From: an uncultured Rickettsiales bacterium
GTDB lineage: Bacteria > Pseudomonadota > Alphaproteobacteria > RF32 > CAG-239
Length of the DNA: 64,000 nt
Direction of reading: 5' to 3'
Assembly (NCBI GenBank): GCA_900551865.1
Contig: URXV01000005.1
Span: 29,535-93,534, forward strand
Below the pieces are notes generated by a model. It did not search any database. It saw nothing but the letters and a program-made list of their open reading frames with translations, and was not told the DNA's origin. Position numbers and translations under genes: made by a program. Shown piece by piece: positions 43,102 through 52,881 of this stretch. Position 1 is the first letter of the stretch. Each line of letters starts with the position of its first letter.

Positions 43102-46100
43102 TTGAGTTTTCTTGATTCCGATGACTTTTTTGAGCTGAATATGCTGGAGGAAACAGTTAAAATTGCAGAGCAGGAAAATTCAGATATAACATTTTATCAA
43201 TATAAAAATTACAATAATGAAACAAAACAAGCAGAAAAAGTGGCTGGAATTAACAAACAATTTCCAATAAATGAAAAAGGATATGCTGTCTTGCAAACAG
43301 AGAAGATAATATCACAACTTTTTACAATATGCAATCCTATGCCCTGGAATAAGTTGATAAGCCATCGCTTGATAAAGGAAGAAAAGCTATTTTTTCAATC
43401 GCTTCCAGCATCAAATGATGTTTATTTTTCACAGATGATATTAGCTTGTTCGCAGAAAATAGTATTATATTACAAAACATTTGCTTATTATAGATATAAT
43501 CGTAGAGCTTCTCTTAAAAATAGTAGAGATAAATATCCATTAAATTTTTCTTTTGCGTATAAAGGAATATACGATACACTAAAAAATAAAAATTTGTACG
43601 AAAAATATTATAGAACATTTTTGATTTCGTATTTATCTTCAGCATTGTGGACAATTGACCATACAGATAAAGCTCGTAAACAAGTGGAGGATTTTGTTAA
43701 AGAAAACATTATTACAAAATTTTTAATTTTAACAAAGAATAAAGATGTTTTTCCAGAAAATATGATAAAACAGGTTAAAAAGTTGTTTAATCCAAAAATC
43801 ATTATATCTTTAACCTCATATCCTGCGCGCATTGAAACGGTAAATCAGACCATAGAGAGCTTGCTCAATCAGACTATGAAAGCAGATAAAGTAATTTTAT
43901 GGTTGGCTCCAGAGCAATTTCCGAATAAAGAGAAAGACTTACCTCAACAATTATTGGACTTAAGAGACAAAGGATTAACCATAGACTGGTATCATGACAT
44001 TAAATCCTATAAGAAACTAATCCCTACTTTACAAAAGTATCCAGATTCAATAATTGTTACAGCTGATGATGATATTATTTACAGACGCACATGTTTAGAA
44101 AAGCTACTTCATTGTATGCAAAATAATCAGAATTGCATTATTGCACACAGAACATCAAGATTGATGCTGAAACAGGAAAAATTGGAGATATTTCCCAGAA
44201 TTTATTATGCAAAAAGCAATCAAAAAGAATATAAGGATAAAATAAGAAAGGCTAGTGCTTTTAATATGCAAACAGGATGTGGTACTGTTTTATATCCTCC
44301 ACATTGCTTTTATAAAGATATACTAGATGAGACACTAATTATGCAACTTGCGCCAACAAACGATGACCAATGGTTTTGGGCAATGGGACTACTGAATAAT
44401 TTTAAAGTAATGGTATGTGCTAATAATGAGTTTAATATAAAATATGTACCAGGTACTCAAGAAGGAGAGTGTTTGTGGAAAATAAACGATAAAGGGGAAA
44501 AACTCTATTTTAGAGATTTGAACAGGATACTAAATTATTATCCTAACATAATGAAGATACTAAATAAGGAGGAAGCGGAAAATCAAAAAACTATTCTTAA
44601 TATTATGAAGAATGAAGCAAAAAATATATACGCACAAGAATTAATAAATTGGTATCAAAGAACTACAAATAAATACCTTAATTTAAGTAATCCTAAAACA
44701 TATAATGAAAAATTACAATGGTTAAAAATATATAATGCGACACCAATCAAAACGTTACTGGCAGATAAATATCTTGTTCGTGATTGGGTAAAGAAAAAAA
44801 TCGGAGAACAGTACCTCATTCCACTGTTAGGTGTATATGATAAATTTGAAGAGATTGATTTTAGTAAGTTGCCGAATCAATTTGTAATTAAATGTAATCA
44901 TGGCTCGGGTTGGAATATTATTGTCAAAGATAAATCAAAATTAGATTTAAAAGAGACAAAAGAGAAACTTGATAAATGGATGAGCTTAAATTTTGCTTTT
45001 ATATATGGATATGAACTTCATTATAAGGAGATAACACCTAAAATCATTATTGAAGAATACATTAATCCCAACTTTTCAAATCACGAAATCCAATGTTGGG
45101 TATTTAATAAAGGAATAAAATTTATATCTGTTGAAACCATTAAAGATGATGATAATTTAGAAAGGGGGACTTTTTATCCAGATGGAAAGCGAACAGAGTT
45201 TGAAATATCCCCCAATCACTATAAAATGATGAAAAATATTTCATCAAGAAAAGCCTTTGATAAAGCTATAGAATTAGCTCAAAAGTTAATTATAGATGTA
45301 CCATATGTAAGAATAGATTTTATAGAATATGAAGATGATGTCAAATTCAGGGAAATGACGTTTACATCGGGTTCAGGATTGTCTGTGATAAAACCAGATA
45401 AATATAATCTAATTTTAGGCAATATGATAAAGCTTCCCAAACTTGCTTATAATATAGATACAGGCGAATATTATAAATTACCAAAGAAAAGTAAAATTAA
45501 ACCATATTTACTACTACCGTATAATCTGTGTCAAAAAATATATTTGAAACGTAAAAAGTACACATTAAATAAAAGACAGCTACAAAAGCAGCTGACAGAC
45601 GCCCGTATCGATATTAAAAATTTCGGCAACGCGAAAAATGCCGTGGAAATTACAACTTCAGCTAAAATATCAGCGCCAGCTTGGTTTACCAATGCGCAAG
45701 GGCAGGGCGTGGTTACAGAATCAAATAAGAAAATCCAAAATATAACTATCAAAGCCATTCAAAACGGCAAACTCGTTTTGTCTTTCAAAGGACAGGATAA
45801 GCGCTACAGCGGAACACGTTTTCCTCTTTGGGTTGATTACAAGTCTATTAAAATCGATGGTAAAGAGATTTTATCTAGCCCTGTTGCAACCTGGCATGAT
45901 AAGCCTTTCCGCTACGAAATGCCGGTAAAAGACGGGCAGGTGGTCAGGGTTGAAGTTGTCCAACAATATCATCAGTACGCAAAAGAAGAGTTGAAGGACG
46001 TGATTTTGAAACTCAATCCAAATTCGGATTATATCAAGAAAAATATCAATAAACTGATTGGCAAAATTTATAAGAAAATAACTAAATATAAAGTATCTCA

Positions 46101-48261
46101 CATTTCTCAACTGCCAATAATAGAAGCAGATTATTTTATTCCTGTTGGTCATGGTTGTAGACCGGCATATTGGTTAAAAAAATATGGATTAAGGCAGGCA
46201 TCATATCCATTTGATTGGATGATCTCCTATTCATTAGATACTGTTATTAATACGATTAAAAAGGGATGCTACAATTGGTTTAGTAATTATACAGAGGATA
46301 AAAGTAAAATTAATGCTAAAGTTAGATATGTGGTAGATAATGAAAATCATATAACTTCTATGCATGGATTTCCAAGCTCTTGTAGCGTGGACGCTTTCTT
46401 ACCTGAATTTCAGAAAACAATGCAAAGGAGAATAGAGAGACTACAAGGATTCCTCAGACAAAGTCAAAGGATTTGTATTCTTTATAATAGAGAGGATGGT
46501 ATTGATAGCTTATCTTATTTTGGGAAAAAACTGAATGAAATGTATCCTCATCTGAATATTACAATAGTTAACGTTGTAAATACTAATATCAGAAAAGATA
46601 TAGAAAAATATGATATTTCTAAAAAATTAAAAATTTATCGGATTAAGGCTGATGATACAAATGAAAAAGGTGCAGATAGGAGCATAAATCCAAACTTTTG
46701 GATTGGTAATGAAAAATTATATGAGGAAATTTGTTCCAAGTTTAAAATAGTAAAGTCTTCTCCTCAAACAGTTCTATTTGCAAAAGCCAAACAAAATATT
46801 CAAGCAAGAATAAAGCTATGGCAAGATAAGTTTTCATTTGCTCATAAAATTGCACCAGTCATGGACTTGATGCAAAAAAATCAAGCCCAAATGTTAAAAC
46901 TGTTACAAGATATTCAAGCGAAAAATGCAACCTTGGAAAATAAAAACAACGAGTTAAAGAAAGAAGTTGAATTATTAAAAGGAGCATTCAATACGCAGTT
47001 ATCCGACTTTAAAAAGCAACAAGACGAACGTTCAAAACAGTTGATGGCAATTGGAGATAGATTGTCTATCGAACTCCAACGCGCGACAAATGAGCTCCAG
47101 AGTGCGGAACAAACTCAATCATGCGAAATAAAAGCGACATTGAGTGATTTTATAGCACAGTTAGTTGTAATGGAGAATAAGTTATCTGCCGAGCTCCTGC
47201 GTGCGACAAGAGAACTTCAAAATTATGGGATATCGGAAATTTCTGAGATAAGAAACTATTGTGCTGATTTTACTCATCAATTAGGTAATACGGAAGTAAG
47301 GCTGCTAAATGAATTGAGAACACAGAGAGAAACAGCTCAGCAAAATAAAAATAACATTATTTCAGGTATTAATCAAACAGAGCAATCTTTACATACGCAA
47401 GTTGCAAAATTTCAAGAGATGGTTCAAGAGCAACAGGCAGTATTGGATAGCGTGCAGGAGCGTCTGGAAGATTTATCTGGTTTGAAAGAAATAGATTTTG
47501 CTCAACAAGAAGAGTTAAAATCTTTAGCGAAAGAATTGGAGAATCAAAAATCTCATTTGGTGAAAGAAGTGCAAAATCTACAAAATAAGGTTCAATGTCA
47601 ATATCAGGAGCTGAATTTTGCCGATTTGCTTCACGACAGCACAAAAGACAGTTCCTGGCTAAAAGACAAAAGCTTTGCTTTGTATGGTTGGGCGGCAAAT
47701 TACGGCTTTATTTATACTTTATTCAGAATTTTAGATAATGTACAACCGGATCATATTTTAGAAATGGGATTGGGACAGACTTCATTGGTAACTTCACAAT
47801 ACATTGCGAATAATAATCCGAAAGCTGATTTGGATATTATAGAAAATGATGAAAATTGGATAAAAGTATATGAACCGAGATTAGCAAAGAGTCAAAATAT
47901 CAAATTACATCAGTGTGATATAGAGTTTTTTTATTATGAAGGCGAGCAAAGCCGTAAATATAAAGAACTCAATAAAATAACCCAAGACAGAAAATATAAC
48001 TTAATTATAGTTGATGGACCATTTGGTGGAGCACAAAAGTTCCCGCGTTCTAATATTGTTGAACTGATAGAGCATAATTTGGCAAAAGATTTCATCATTA
48101 TGTTTGACGATGCTGAAAGGGCAGGGGAGAAAAATACGATTGCGCAGGTTAAGGCCAAACTGTCCGCTCAGGGGATTGAATTCGGAGTTCAACAGCGCGA
48201 TGCCTTAAAATCGCAGGTTCTCGTTTTCAGCAAGTCTTGCGAATTTGTCAGATATCTGTAA
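43102..48261 (+). CDS. giant multidomain glycan-modification protein (rest of GT2, second GT-like domain, TupA-like ATP-grasp, DUF1796 papain-like, coiled coil, class I methyltransferase-like)
   Basis: LDSDDFF. ISLTSYPARIETV...TADDD. YNEKLQWLKIYN...VIKCNHGSGWNII (TupA-like ATP-grasp). GHGCRPAYWLKKYGLRQASYPFDWM (DUF1796). Heptad-like region. ILEMGLGQTS...LIIVDGPFG. Very AT-rich. Confidence 0.8.
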   Translation: MSFLDSDDFFELNMLEETVKIAEQENSDITFYQYKNYNNETKQAEKVAGINKQFPINEKGYAVLQTEKIISQLFTICNPMPWNKLISHRLIKEEKLFFQSLPASNDVYFSQMILACSQKIVLYYKTFAYYRYNRRASLKNSRDKYPLNFSFAYKGIYDTLKNKNLYEKYYRTFLISYLSSALWTIDHTDKARKQVEDFVKENIITKFLILTKNKDVFPENMIKQVKKLFNPKIIISLTSYPARIETVNQTIESLLNQTMKADKVILWLAPEQFPNKEKDLPQQLLDLRDKGLTIDWYHDIKSYKKLIPTLQKYPDSIIVTADDDIIYRRTCLEKLLHCMQNNQNCIIAHRTSRLMLKQEKLEIFPRIYYAKSNQKEYKDKIRKASAFNMQTGCGTVLYPPHCFYKDILDETLIMQLAPTNDDQWFWAMGLLNNFKVMVCANNEFNIKYVPGTQEGECLWKINDKGEKLYFRDLNRILNYYPNIMKILNKEEAENQKTILNIMKNEAKNIYAQELINWYQRTTNKYLNLSNPKTYNEKLQWLKIYNATPIKTLLADKYLVRDWVKKKIGEQYLIPLLGVYDKFEEIDFSKLPNQFVIKCNHGSGWNIIVKDKSKLDLKETKEKLDKWMSLNFAFIYGYELHYKEITPKIIIEEYINPNFSNHEIQCWVFNKGIKFISVETIKDDDNLERGTFYPDGKRTEFEISPNHYKMMKNISSRKAFDKAIELAQKLIIDVPYVRIDFIEYEDDVKFREMTFTSGSGLSVIKPDKYNLILGNMIKLPKLAYNIDTGEYYKLPKKSKIKPYLLLPYNLCQKIYLKRKKYTLNKRQLQKQLTDARIDIKNFGNAKNAVEITTSAKISAPAWFTNAQGQGVVTESNKKIQNITIKAIQNGKLVLSFKGQDKRYSGTRFPLWVDYKSIKIDGKEILSSPVATWHDKPFRYEMPVKDGQVVRVEVVQQYHQYAKEELKDVILKLNPNSDYIKKNINKLIGKIYKKITKYKVSHISQLPIIEADYFIPVGHGCRPAYWLKKYGLRQASYPFDWMISYSLDTVINTIKKGCYNWFSNYTEDKSKINAKVRYVVDNENHITSMHGFPSSCSVDAFLPEFQKTMQRRIERLQGFLRQSQRICILYNREDGIDSLSYFGKKLNEMYPHLNITIVNVVNTNIRKDIEKYDISKKLKIYRIKADDTNEKGADRSINPNFWIGNEKLYEEICSKFKIVKSSPQTVLFAKAKQNIQARIKLWQDKFSFAHKIAPVMDLMQKNQAQMLKLLQDIQAKNATLENKNNELKKEVELLKGAFNTQLSDFKKQQDERSKQLMAIGDRLSIELQRATNELQSAEQTQSCEIKATLSDFIAQLVVMENKLSAELLRATRELQNYGISEISEIRNYCADFTHQLGNTEVRLLNELRTQRETAQQNKNNIISGINQTEQSLHTQVAKFQEMVQEQQAVLDSVQERLEDLSGLKEIDFAQQEELKSLAKELENQKSHLVKEVQNLQNKVQCQYQELNFADLLHDSTKDSSWLKDKSFALYGWAANYGFIYTLFRILDNVQPDHILEMGLGQTSLVTSQYIANNNPKADLDIIENDENWIKVYEPRLAKSQNIKLHQCDIEFFYYEGEQSRKYKELNKITQDRKYNLIIVDGPFGGAQKFPRSNIVELIEHNLAKDFIIMFDDAERAGEKNTIAQVKAKLSAQGIEFGVQQRDALKSQVLVFSKSCEFVRYL

Positions 48262-48276
48262 GGGAGACGTAGACAG

Positions 48277-49377
48277 ATGAAAAAAATATTTTTAAGTCTT
48301 ATGGCATTATGGGCGGTTTGCGTCGGATATATTATCTATGATGCTTATTATGTCAGTATCCGTCCGACAATCGCGCGTATTGATGTTTATGAAAAGACAA
48401 CAAACAGCGAACCTTGTTTTAATCTGGTAGATAAAAATACCGGAAAGGAATTTTACTTGGCCGAATGGATGCCAAGATCCGGTTTACAGGGATATGTAGT
48501 AGCAAAAAATGGAAACGATGAGGAACTTGAAATTATTGCCCAAATACCTTCATACAGCTATAAATATATTTGCGTAAATGATGGCAGTAAAGATAAGACA
48601 TTAGAAATTTTGAAAAAGAAAGCTGAATTAGATAAACGTATTAAAGTCATCAGTTTTTCAAGAAATTTCTACAAAGAACAGGCATTGTTTGCCGGTTTGG
48701 CTGAGGCAAAAGGGCGCTGTGTTATTCCAATGGATGCAGATTTACAAGATCCACCAGAACTGATTGTTGAATTTTAAAAAAAATGGAAAGAAGGCTATGA
48801 GGTTGTCTATGGTGTGCGAACCGACCAAGGTAAAGATAGCTTCTTGAAACGTATGAGTGCAAATGCGTTTTATAAAATATTTAACCTGATAGCCGACAGA
48901 CCGATACCGGCCAATACCGGAGATTACCGCTTGATGGACAGGAAAGTGGTGGACGCCGTTTTAACCATTCAGGAAAACAAATTGTTTATGAAAGGGATAT
49001 TCAGCTGGGTGGGGTTCAAATCTTGCGGCGTGGAATACAAAAGACCGGAAAGAGCCGCCGGAACAACCAAATGGAATTATTGGAAGTTATGGAATTTCGC
49101 CCTTGACGGAATAACCGCATCTACTACCTTGCCTTTAAGAATATGGACATATATAGGCAGCTTAATTGCAACCATTTCTGGATTATATGCGCTTTATATT
49201 ATTTTCAGAACATTATTTTTAGGTGTGGGCGTTCCAGGTTATGCCTCTTTGCTGGTATCAATTCTCTTTTTTGGAGCAGTGCAACTAATTGTCTTGGGAA
49301 TTTTTGGCGAATATATCGGACGTATTTTTACGGAAGTCAAACATCGACCACGCTATATAATTGATGAAAAAAAATAA
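48277..49377 (+). pseudogene. GtrB/ArnC-like polyprenyl-phosphate glycosyltransferase (GT2) interrupted by an in-frame TAA at 48775-48777
   Basis: VNDGSKDKT...PMDADLQDPPELIVEF-stop-KKWKEGYEVVYGVR..., with two C-terminal TM helices. Both fragments are in the same frame. The N-terminal catalytic motif looks degenerate. Confidence 0.7.
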
Positions 49378-49515
49378 ACTGCGAAGATTAAAATCTTGTA
49401 AATTGCTCCTCCGCCAACCGTATGAAGATGCGTTTAAAGCCTCAAAGTTCCCCTTGCTATTTTAGCAGCTCCGGTCTATATTAGACGGCATAACAACCAG
49501 CAGACGGAGGGAAAT

Positions 49516-50235
49516 ATGCAGGAAAACGCTTTATACACGATAACGAACGGTCTTTATGTGCTGTCTGTGCAAGACGGGGAGGGGTACGCCGGCTCTTTGG
49601 TCGATGCCGTAAGCCAAATCGCCGTTTCGCCGTATCTGATAATGGTGTCGTGTATGAATAACAGCCATACCAAAAGCTGTATAGAAAAGGCCGGCGAGTT
49701 CGGCATAAGCGTTCTGGCGAAGGAAACCGATCCGTTCGTTCTCGCCAATTTCGGCTATCAGAGTAGCCGCGATGTCAAAAAGTGGCAGAATATCCCCGCC
49801 GCGGAGATTGACGGCCTGCCGTATATTCCGGACGCTTTGGCCAAAATCAGGGTGCGGGTTGTCAACAAACTGGTATATGCGAGCAATACGGTGTTTATTG
49901 CCGAGGTAGTTGATGCATTTGACAGCCGCCCCGGCGAACCGCTGACCTATAAATATTATCGCGACGGGTTTAAGGAACAGGTCGCCATTGCTTTCAGCGC
50001 ATATAAGGCCGGGCGTTCGGCCGGTAGTGCCGTGTGTAAAAAGTCCCAAACGGCAATGCCTGCGTCATCTTCATCATCAGCAGCTCAGCCGTCGTCGCCG
50101 GCCTCTGCCGAAAAACGCTGGACCTGCACGCTTTGCGGCTATGTCTACGAGGGCGATGTGCCGTTTGAAGAGCTGCCTGACGACTGGCGCTGCCCGTTAT
50201 GCGGTGTGGGCAAAGATATGTTTGAACTGCAATAG
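49516..50235 (+). CDS. flavin reductase-like domain fused to rubredoxin (high-molecular-weight rubredoxin type)
   Basis: N-terminal flavin-reductase-like ~170 aa, S/A/P linker, then [12 protein letters not shown]...[13 protein letters not shown] (two CxxC pairs). GGAGGG SD. Confidence 0.8.
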   Translation: MQENALYTITNGLYVLSVQDGEGYAGSLVDAVSQIAVSPYLIMVSCMNNSHTKSCIEKAGEFGISVLAKETDPFVLANFGYQSSRDVKKWQNIPAAEIDGLPYIPDALAKIRVRVVNKLVYASNTVFIAEVVDAFDSRPGEPLTYKYYRDGFKEQVAIAFSAYKAGRSAGSAVCKKSQTAMPASSSSSAAQPSSPASAEKRWTCTLCGYVYEGDVPFEELPDDWRCPLCGVGKDMFELQ

Positions 50236-50253
50236 CCCATGGCCTCAAAAGAG

Positions 50254-50281
50254 TTGACAAAAAACAAGATGATGCTATAAT
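50254..50281 (+). promoter_or_regulatory. sigma70 promoter TTGACA-16-TATAAT for J-domain gene 1
   Basis: Consensus hexamers read directly. Confidence 0.55.
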
Positions 50282-50314
50282 CAACTCAATTTAATAATTA
50301 TTAAAATATAATTT

Positions 50315-50890
50315 ATGGAAACAATCCTCATTTTTGCCTTGTTTATCTTGGCAGTATTTGGCAGAGTGGTGCATAGAAAAATGGATTCCCGCAAACGTCA
50401 GCAGAAGTATGCGGAGTATTGTCGTAATCGTGCGGAATTTTACCGCCTGGAACGGTTAAAGGTTATCAATTCGTTTTGGCGAAAGTATCGCAGCGGCACA
50501 TATCCGGTGGATGTTTTGCTGCATCGGCTGAAGGAAGGCCTTTATTTTAACAGCGGCGGTTCAACGGAATGGCAGGAAGAGTTTGCGCAGGTCGTCGACG
50601 AATTAAACCGGGAAAGTACTGACGAACAGCAGCGCTTTTATCAGGAGAGCAAAGCAGTTTCGCCTTATACGGACGGCATAAACCTTGATGCTTATTATCG
50701 GATTTTCGGGCTGACACCGGAAACGCTGACCGCGGAAAGCCTGAAAAAGGCGTATCGCTCCTTATGCCTGCAATATCATCCCGACCGTAACAAACAGCCG
50801 GATGCCGCTGTCAGGTTTGACAAAGTGCAGAAGTTTTATGAAACCCTGAAACGGGAGCTGGCGCATAAAAACGTATCACGGCAGCCCTGA
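50315..50890 (+). CDS. membrane-anchored J-domain protein (paralog 1)
   Basis: N-terminal TM ILIFALFILAVFG. C-terminal J domain YYRIFGLTPETLTAESLKKAYRSLCLQYHPDRN (HPD). Confidence 0.85.
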   Translation: METILIFALFILAVFGRVVHRKMDSRKRQQKYAEYCRNRAEFYRLERLKVINSFWRKYRSGTYPVDVLLHRLKEGLYFNSGGSTEWQEEFAQVVDELNRESTDEQQRFYQESKAVSPYTDGINLDAYYRIFGLTPETLTAESLKKAYRSLCLQYHPDRNKQPDAAVRFDKVQKFYETLKRELAHKNVSRQP

Positions 50891-50931
50891 GCAAGCGTCT
50901 GTCATGCCCCAAACACTCTCAGCAATCGAAA

Positions 50932-50962
50932 CGCCCGCGATAAAATCACGCGGGCGTTTTTT
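50932..50962 (+). terminator. rho-independent terminator
   Basis: CGCCCGCG/CGCGGGCG stem followed by T6. Confidence 0.7.
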
Positions 50963-51063
50963 CTTGTCATCTGGGAGTTGTTTTGTTTCCCGTTCCGAGC
51001 TTGATGTAGCGGCTTTGAACCGCCCCGCCGGGGAATTCCAGTCCCAAACAGCCATACTCCTGC

Positions 51064-51663
51064 TTACTGTGCTTTCGGGTATCCGGCCGCTTCGGTCATT
51101 ACGACTTCGTAGTCGCCCTCAAGCCCGAGCGCCTGTTTGATTTCCGCCCGGTCATACAGGCCGCGCACGACGCATTTCAGCCCCGCCGAAGCGCAGTACA
51201 AACTGGTATTCTGGTACATTGACCCGGCGTGCATTTCGCCGTATTTCTTGTCTTTGGTAACAAACAGCAGGTGAACCGGCGCATCTCCCGCGAATTTCTG
51301 CTCTTTTGCCAGAATCGGGCGCAGGTCTTCGCTGCCGAGCTGAACCAGCGTGTTCTTCGCCGCATCGTAGAGGTAAGAGCCGGAAGGCAGCAAAACGTAC
51401 AAATCCATATCCTGCCGGTTGCGGGCCGTCGGAACGACGCGCTTGCCGTCTTCCGAAGAAATGCCCCAGGTTGCCCACAGCAAATCCGCCAACGTCTGGT
51501 CAGAAAGCATTTTCGTGTCAAACGTGCGCCCCGAACGCCGCGCCGCAATCGCCTCCATCAGGGGCATTCCGCCGTTTGCTGTGTGTTCCGGCAGTTTAAT
51601 GTCCGCCGCATTGGCCGTTCCCGCTGCTAACATCATCATTGCTCCTAAAATAACTTTTTTCAT
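51064..51663 (-). CDS. secreted nitroreductase-family protein
   Basis: Signal peptide MKKVILGAMMMLAAGTANA. RRSGRTF...LLWATWG...P (nitroreductase fold motifs). GGAGG lies upstream of ATG 51663; the longer 51882 start is rejected. Confidence 0.8.
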   Translation of the reverse strand: MKKVILGAMMMLAAGTANAADIKLPEHTANGGMPLMEAIAARRSGRTFDTKMLSDQTLADLLWATWGISSEDGKRVVPTARNRQDMDLYVLLPSGSYLYDAAKNTLVQLGSEDLRPILAKEQKFAGDAPVHLLFVTKDKKYGEMHAGSMYQNTSLYCASAGLKCVVRGLYDRAEIKQALGLEGDYEVVMTEAAGYPKAQ

Positions 51664-51875
51664 ATCGCCTCCATAAAATAATTCAAACGCCTTTAAAATA
51701 TAACCCCGGGAATAAAAAAATCTTTGCCAAACTGGATTTTTTCCACAGCAATCGGCGTTGCCTCTCGTTGTGGAAGTTTCTTTACGCGACAATCCGTCCC
51801 GCCGGTATAACTTCTGCTCCGTTCCGGTTTCCGCCAGTGCTGCCGTCTCTCTTTTTTGAAATTTGTCAAAAAATA

Positions 51876-51903
51876 TTGACAAAATAAAAACGCATTTTAT
51901 AAT
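51876..51903 (+). promoter_or_regulatory. sigma70 promoter TTGACA-16-TATAAT for J-domain gene 2
   Basis: Consensus hexamers. The -35 is embedded in TTGTCAA-N6-TTGACAA. Confidence 0.55.
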
Positions 51904-51936
51904 AAAGGCAATTTTTTAATTATTAAAATATGATTT

Positions 51937-52737
51937 ATGGAAACATTTAGCTTAAATTATGCATTATGCACGGGCCTGTTGCTTTTTGCATTAGGCTGCG
52001 GAGTATGGCTTTATTTCTTCTGTCGGGCACGGAGAATAAAAATGGTTTTACAAACTCTGTGCAGTGCTGCCGAGGTATATGCCGACATTCTCCGGCAGGA
52101 AAAGCTGCGGCGCGAACAGGCATATCGCGAGCAGCTCCGCCGCGAAGCGGAAAGGCGCCGTCAGGAAGAGACCCGTCGCGAACAGGCTTTTCGGGAGGCT
52201 GAACAAGCCAGGGCCGAACAGGAAAAAGTCGAAGCGGAGGTAAATAAAATCAAGGTGCTGTTTAACGGCATTTGGCTGACGCCTCAACAATTCGGTTTTT
52301 TGCAGCAAAATCCGGTGGGCAACCTGCGCGGGGCTGAATTGCGCCGTTATCTTGCCGGGCTGGCGGAACACAATCCCTTGTTTGCCGAATACCGTCAGGA
52401 AAGCAGCCGCGGGCGGAAGGGCGGAACCGAAAATTCCGGCTCCGGGCAAAACCGCGCGGGGCAGGGGACTTCGTCTTCGCAGGATTCTGCGCAGGGCGAA
52501 AGTGCCGGAACGTCAGCGTCCGCGCCGAACGCATATTACCGCATTTTCGGGTTGACGCCGGAAACGTTGACCGAACACAGCCTGAAAACGGCTTATCGCG
52601 ATTTGGTCAAAAAGTATCATCCCGATACGAACCGCAGTCCCGACGCCGCGGAAAAATTCCGCAAGGTAAAGAAAGTGTACGCCTGGCTTCAGGAAGAGCT
52701 TCGCCGCAAGGAGTGCAGCAGGAGTTATGCCGGCTGA
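51937..52737 (+). CDS. membrane-anchored J-domain protein (paralog 2) with R/E-rich coiled coil
   Basis: TM LLLFALGCGVWLYFF. REQAYREQLRREAERRRQEE... J domain YYRIFGLTPETLTEHSLKTAYRDLVKKYHPDTN. Confidence 0.85.
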   Translation: METFSLNYALCTGLLLFALGCGVWLYFFCRARRIKMVLQTLCSAAEVYADILRQEKLRREQAYREQLRREAERRRQEETRREQAFREAEQARAEQEKVEAEVNKIKVLFNGIWLTPQQFGFLQQNPVGNLRGAELRRYLAGLAEHNPLFAEYRQESSRGRKGGTENSGSGQNRAGQGTSSSQDSAQGESAGTSASAPNAYYRIFGLTPETLTEHSLKTAYRDLVKKYHPDTNRSPDAAEKFRKVKKVYAWLQEELRRKECSRSYAG

Positions 52738-52821
52738 TAATCAGGCGTTTGCCGTCCGCCGGGGGCTCATCATCAAAATTCACCCGGTGCAATCACCAAA
52801 ATTCGCCCGGTGCACATCATC

Positions 52822-52864
52822 AAAAAAAGAGGCGTTCCCATAAGGGAACAGCCTCTTTTGTTTT
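52822..52864. terminator. bidirectional terminator between convergent genes
   Basis: AGAGGCGTTCCC/GGGAACAGCCTCT stem, flanked by A7 and T-rich runs. Confidence 0.65.
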
Positions 52865-52881
52865 GGAATAAGCCGCCTTCT

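Noticed and set aside
48770-48790. Programmed frameshift or transcriptional slippage at the A8 run in the GtrB-like gene
   Set aside because: Both fragments are in the same reading frame, so a frameshift would not restore the protein. The interruption is a plain TAA.
40950-49400. Calling the AT-rich island a mobile element or prophage
   Set aside because: No integrase, transposase, phage genes, tRNA target or flanking direct repeats could be found. Only compositional evidence for horizontal origin exists.
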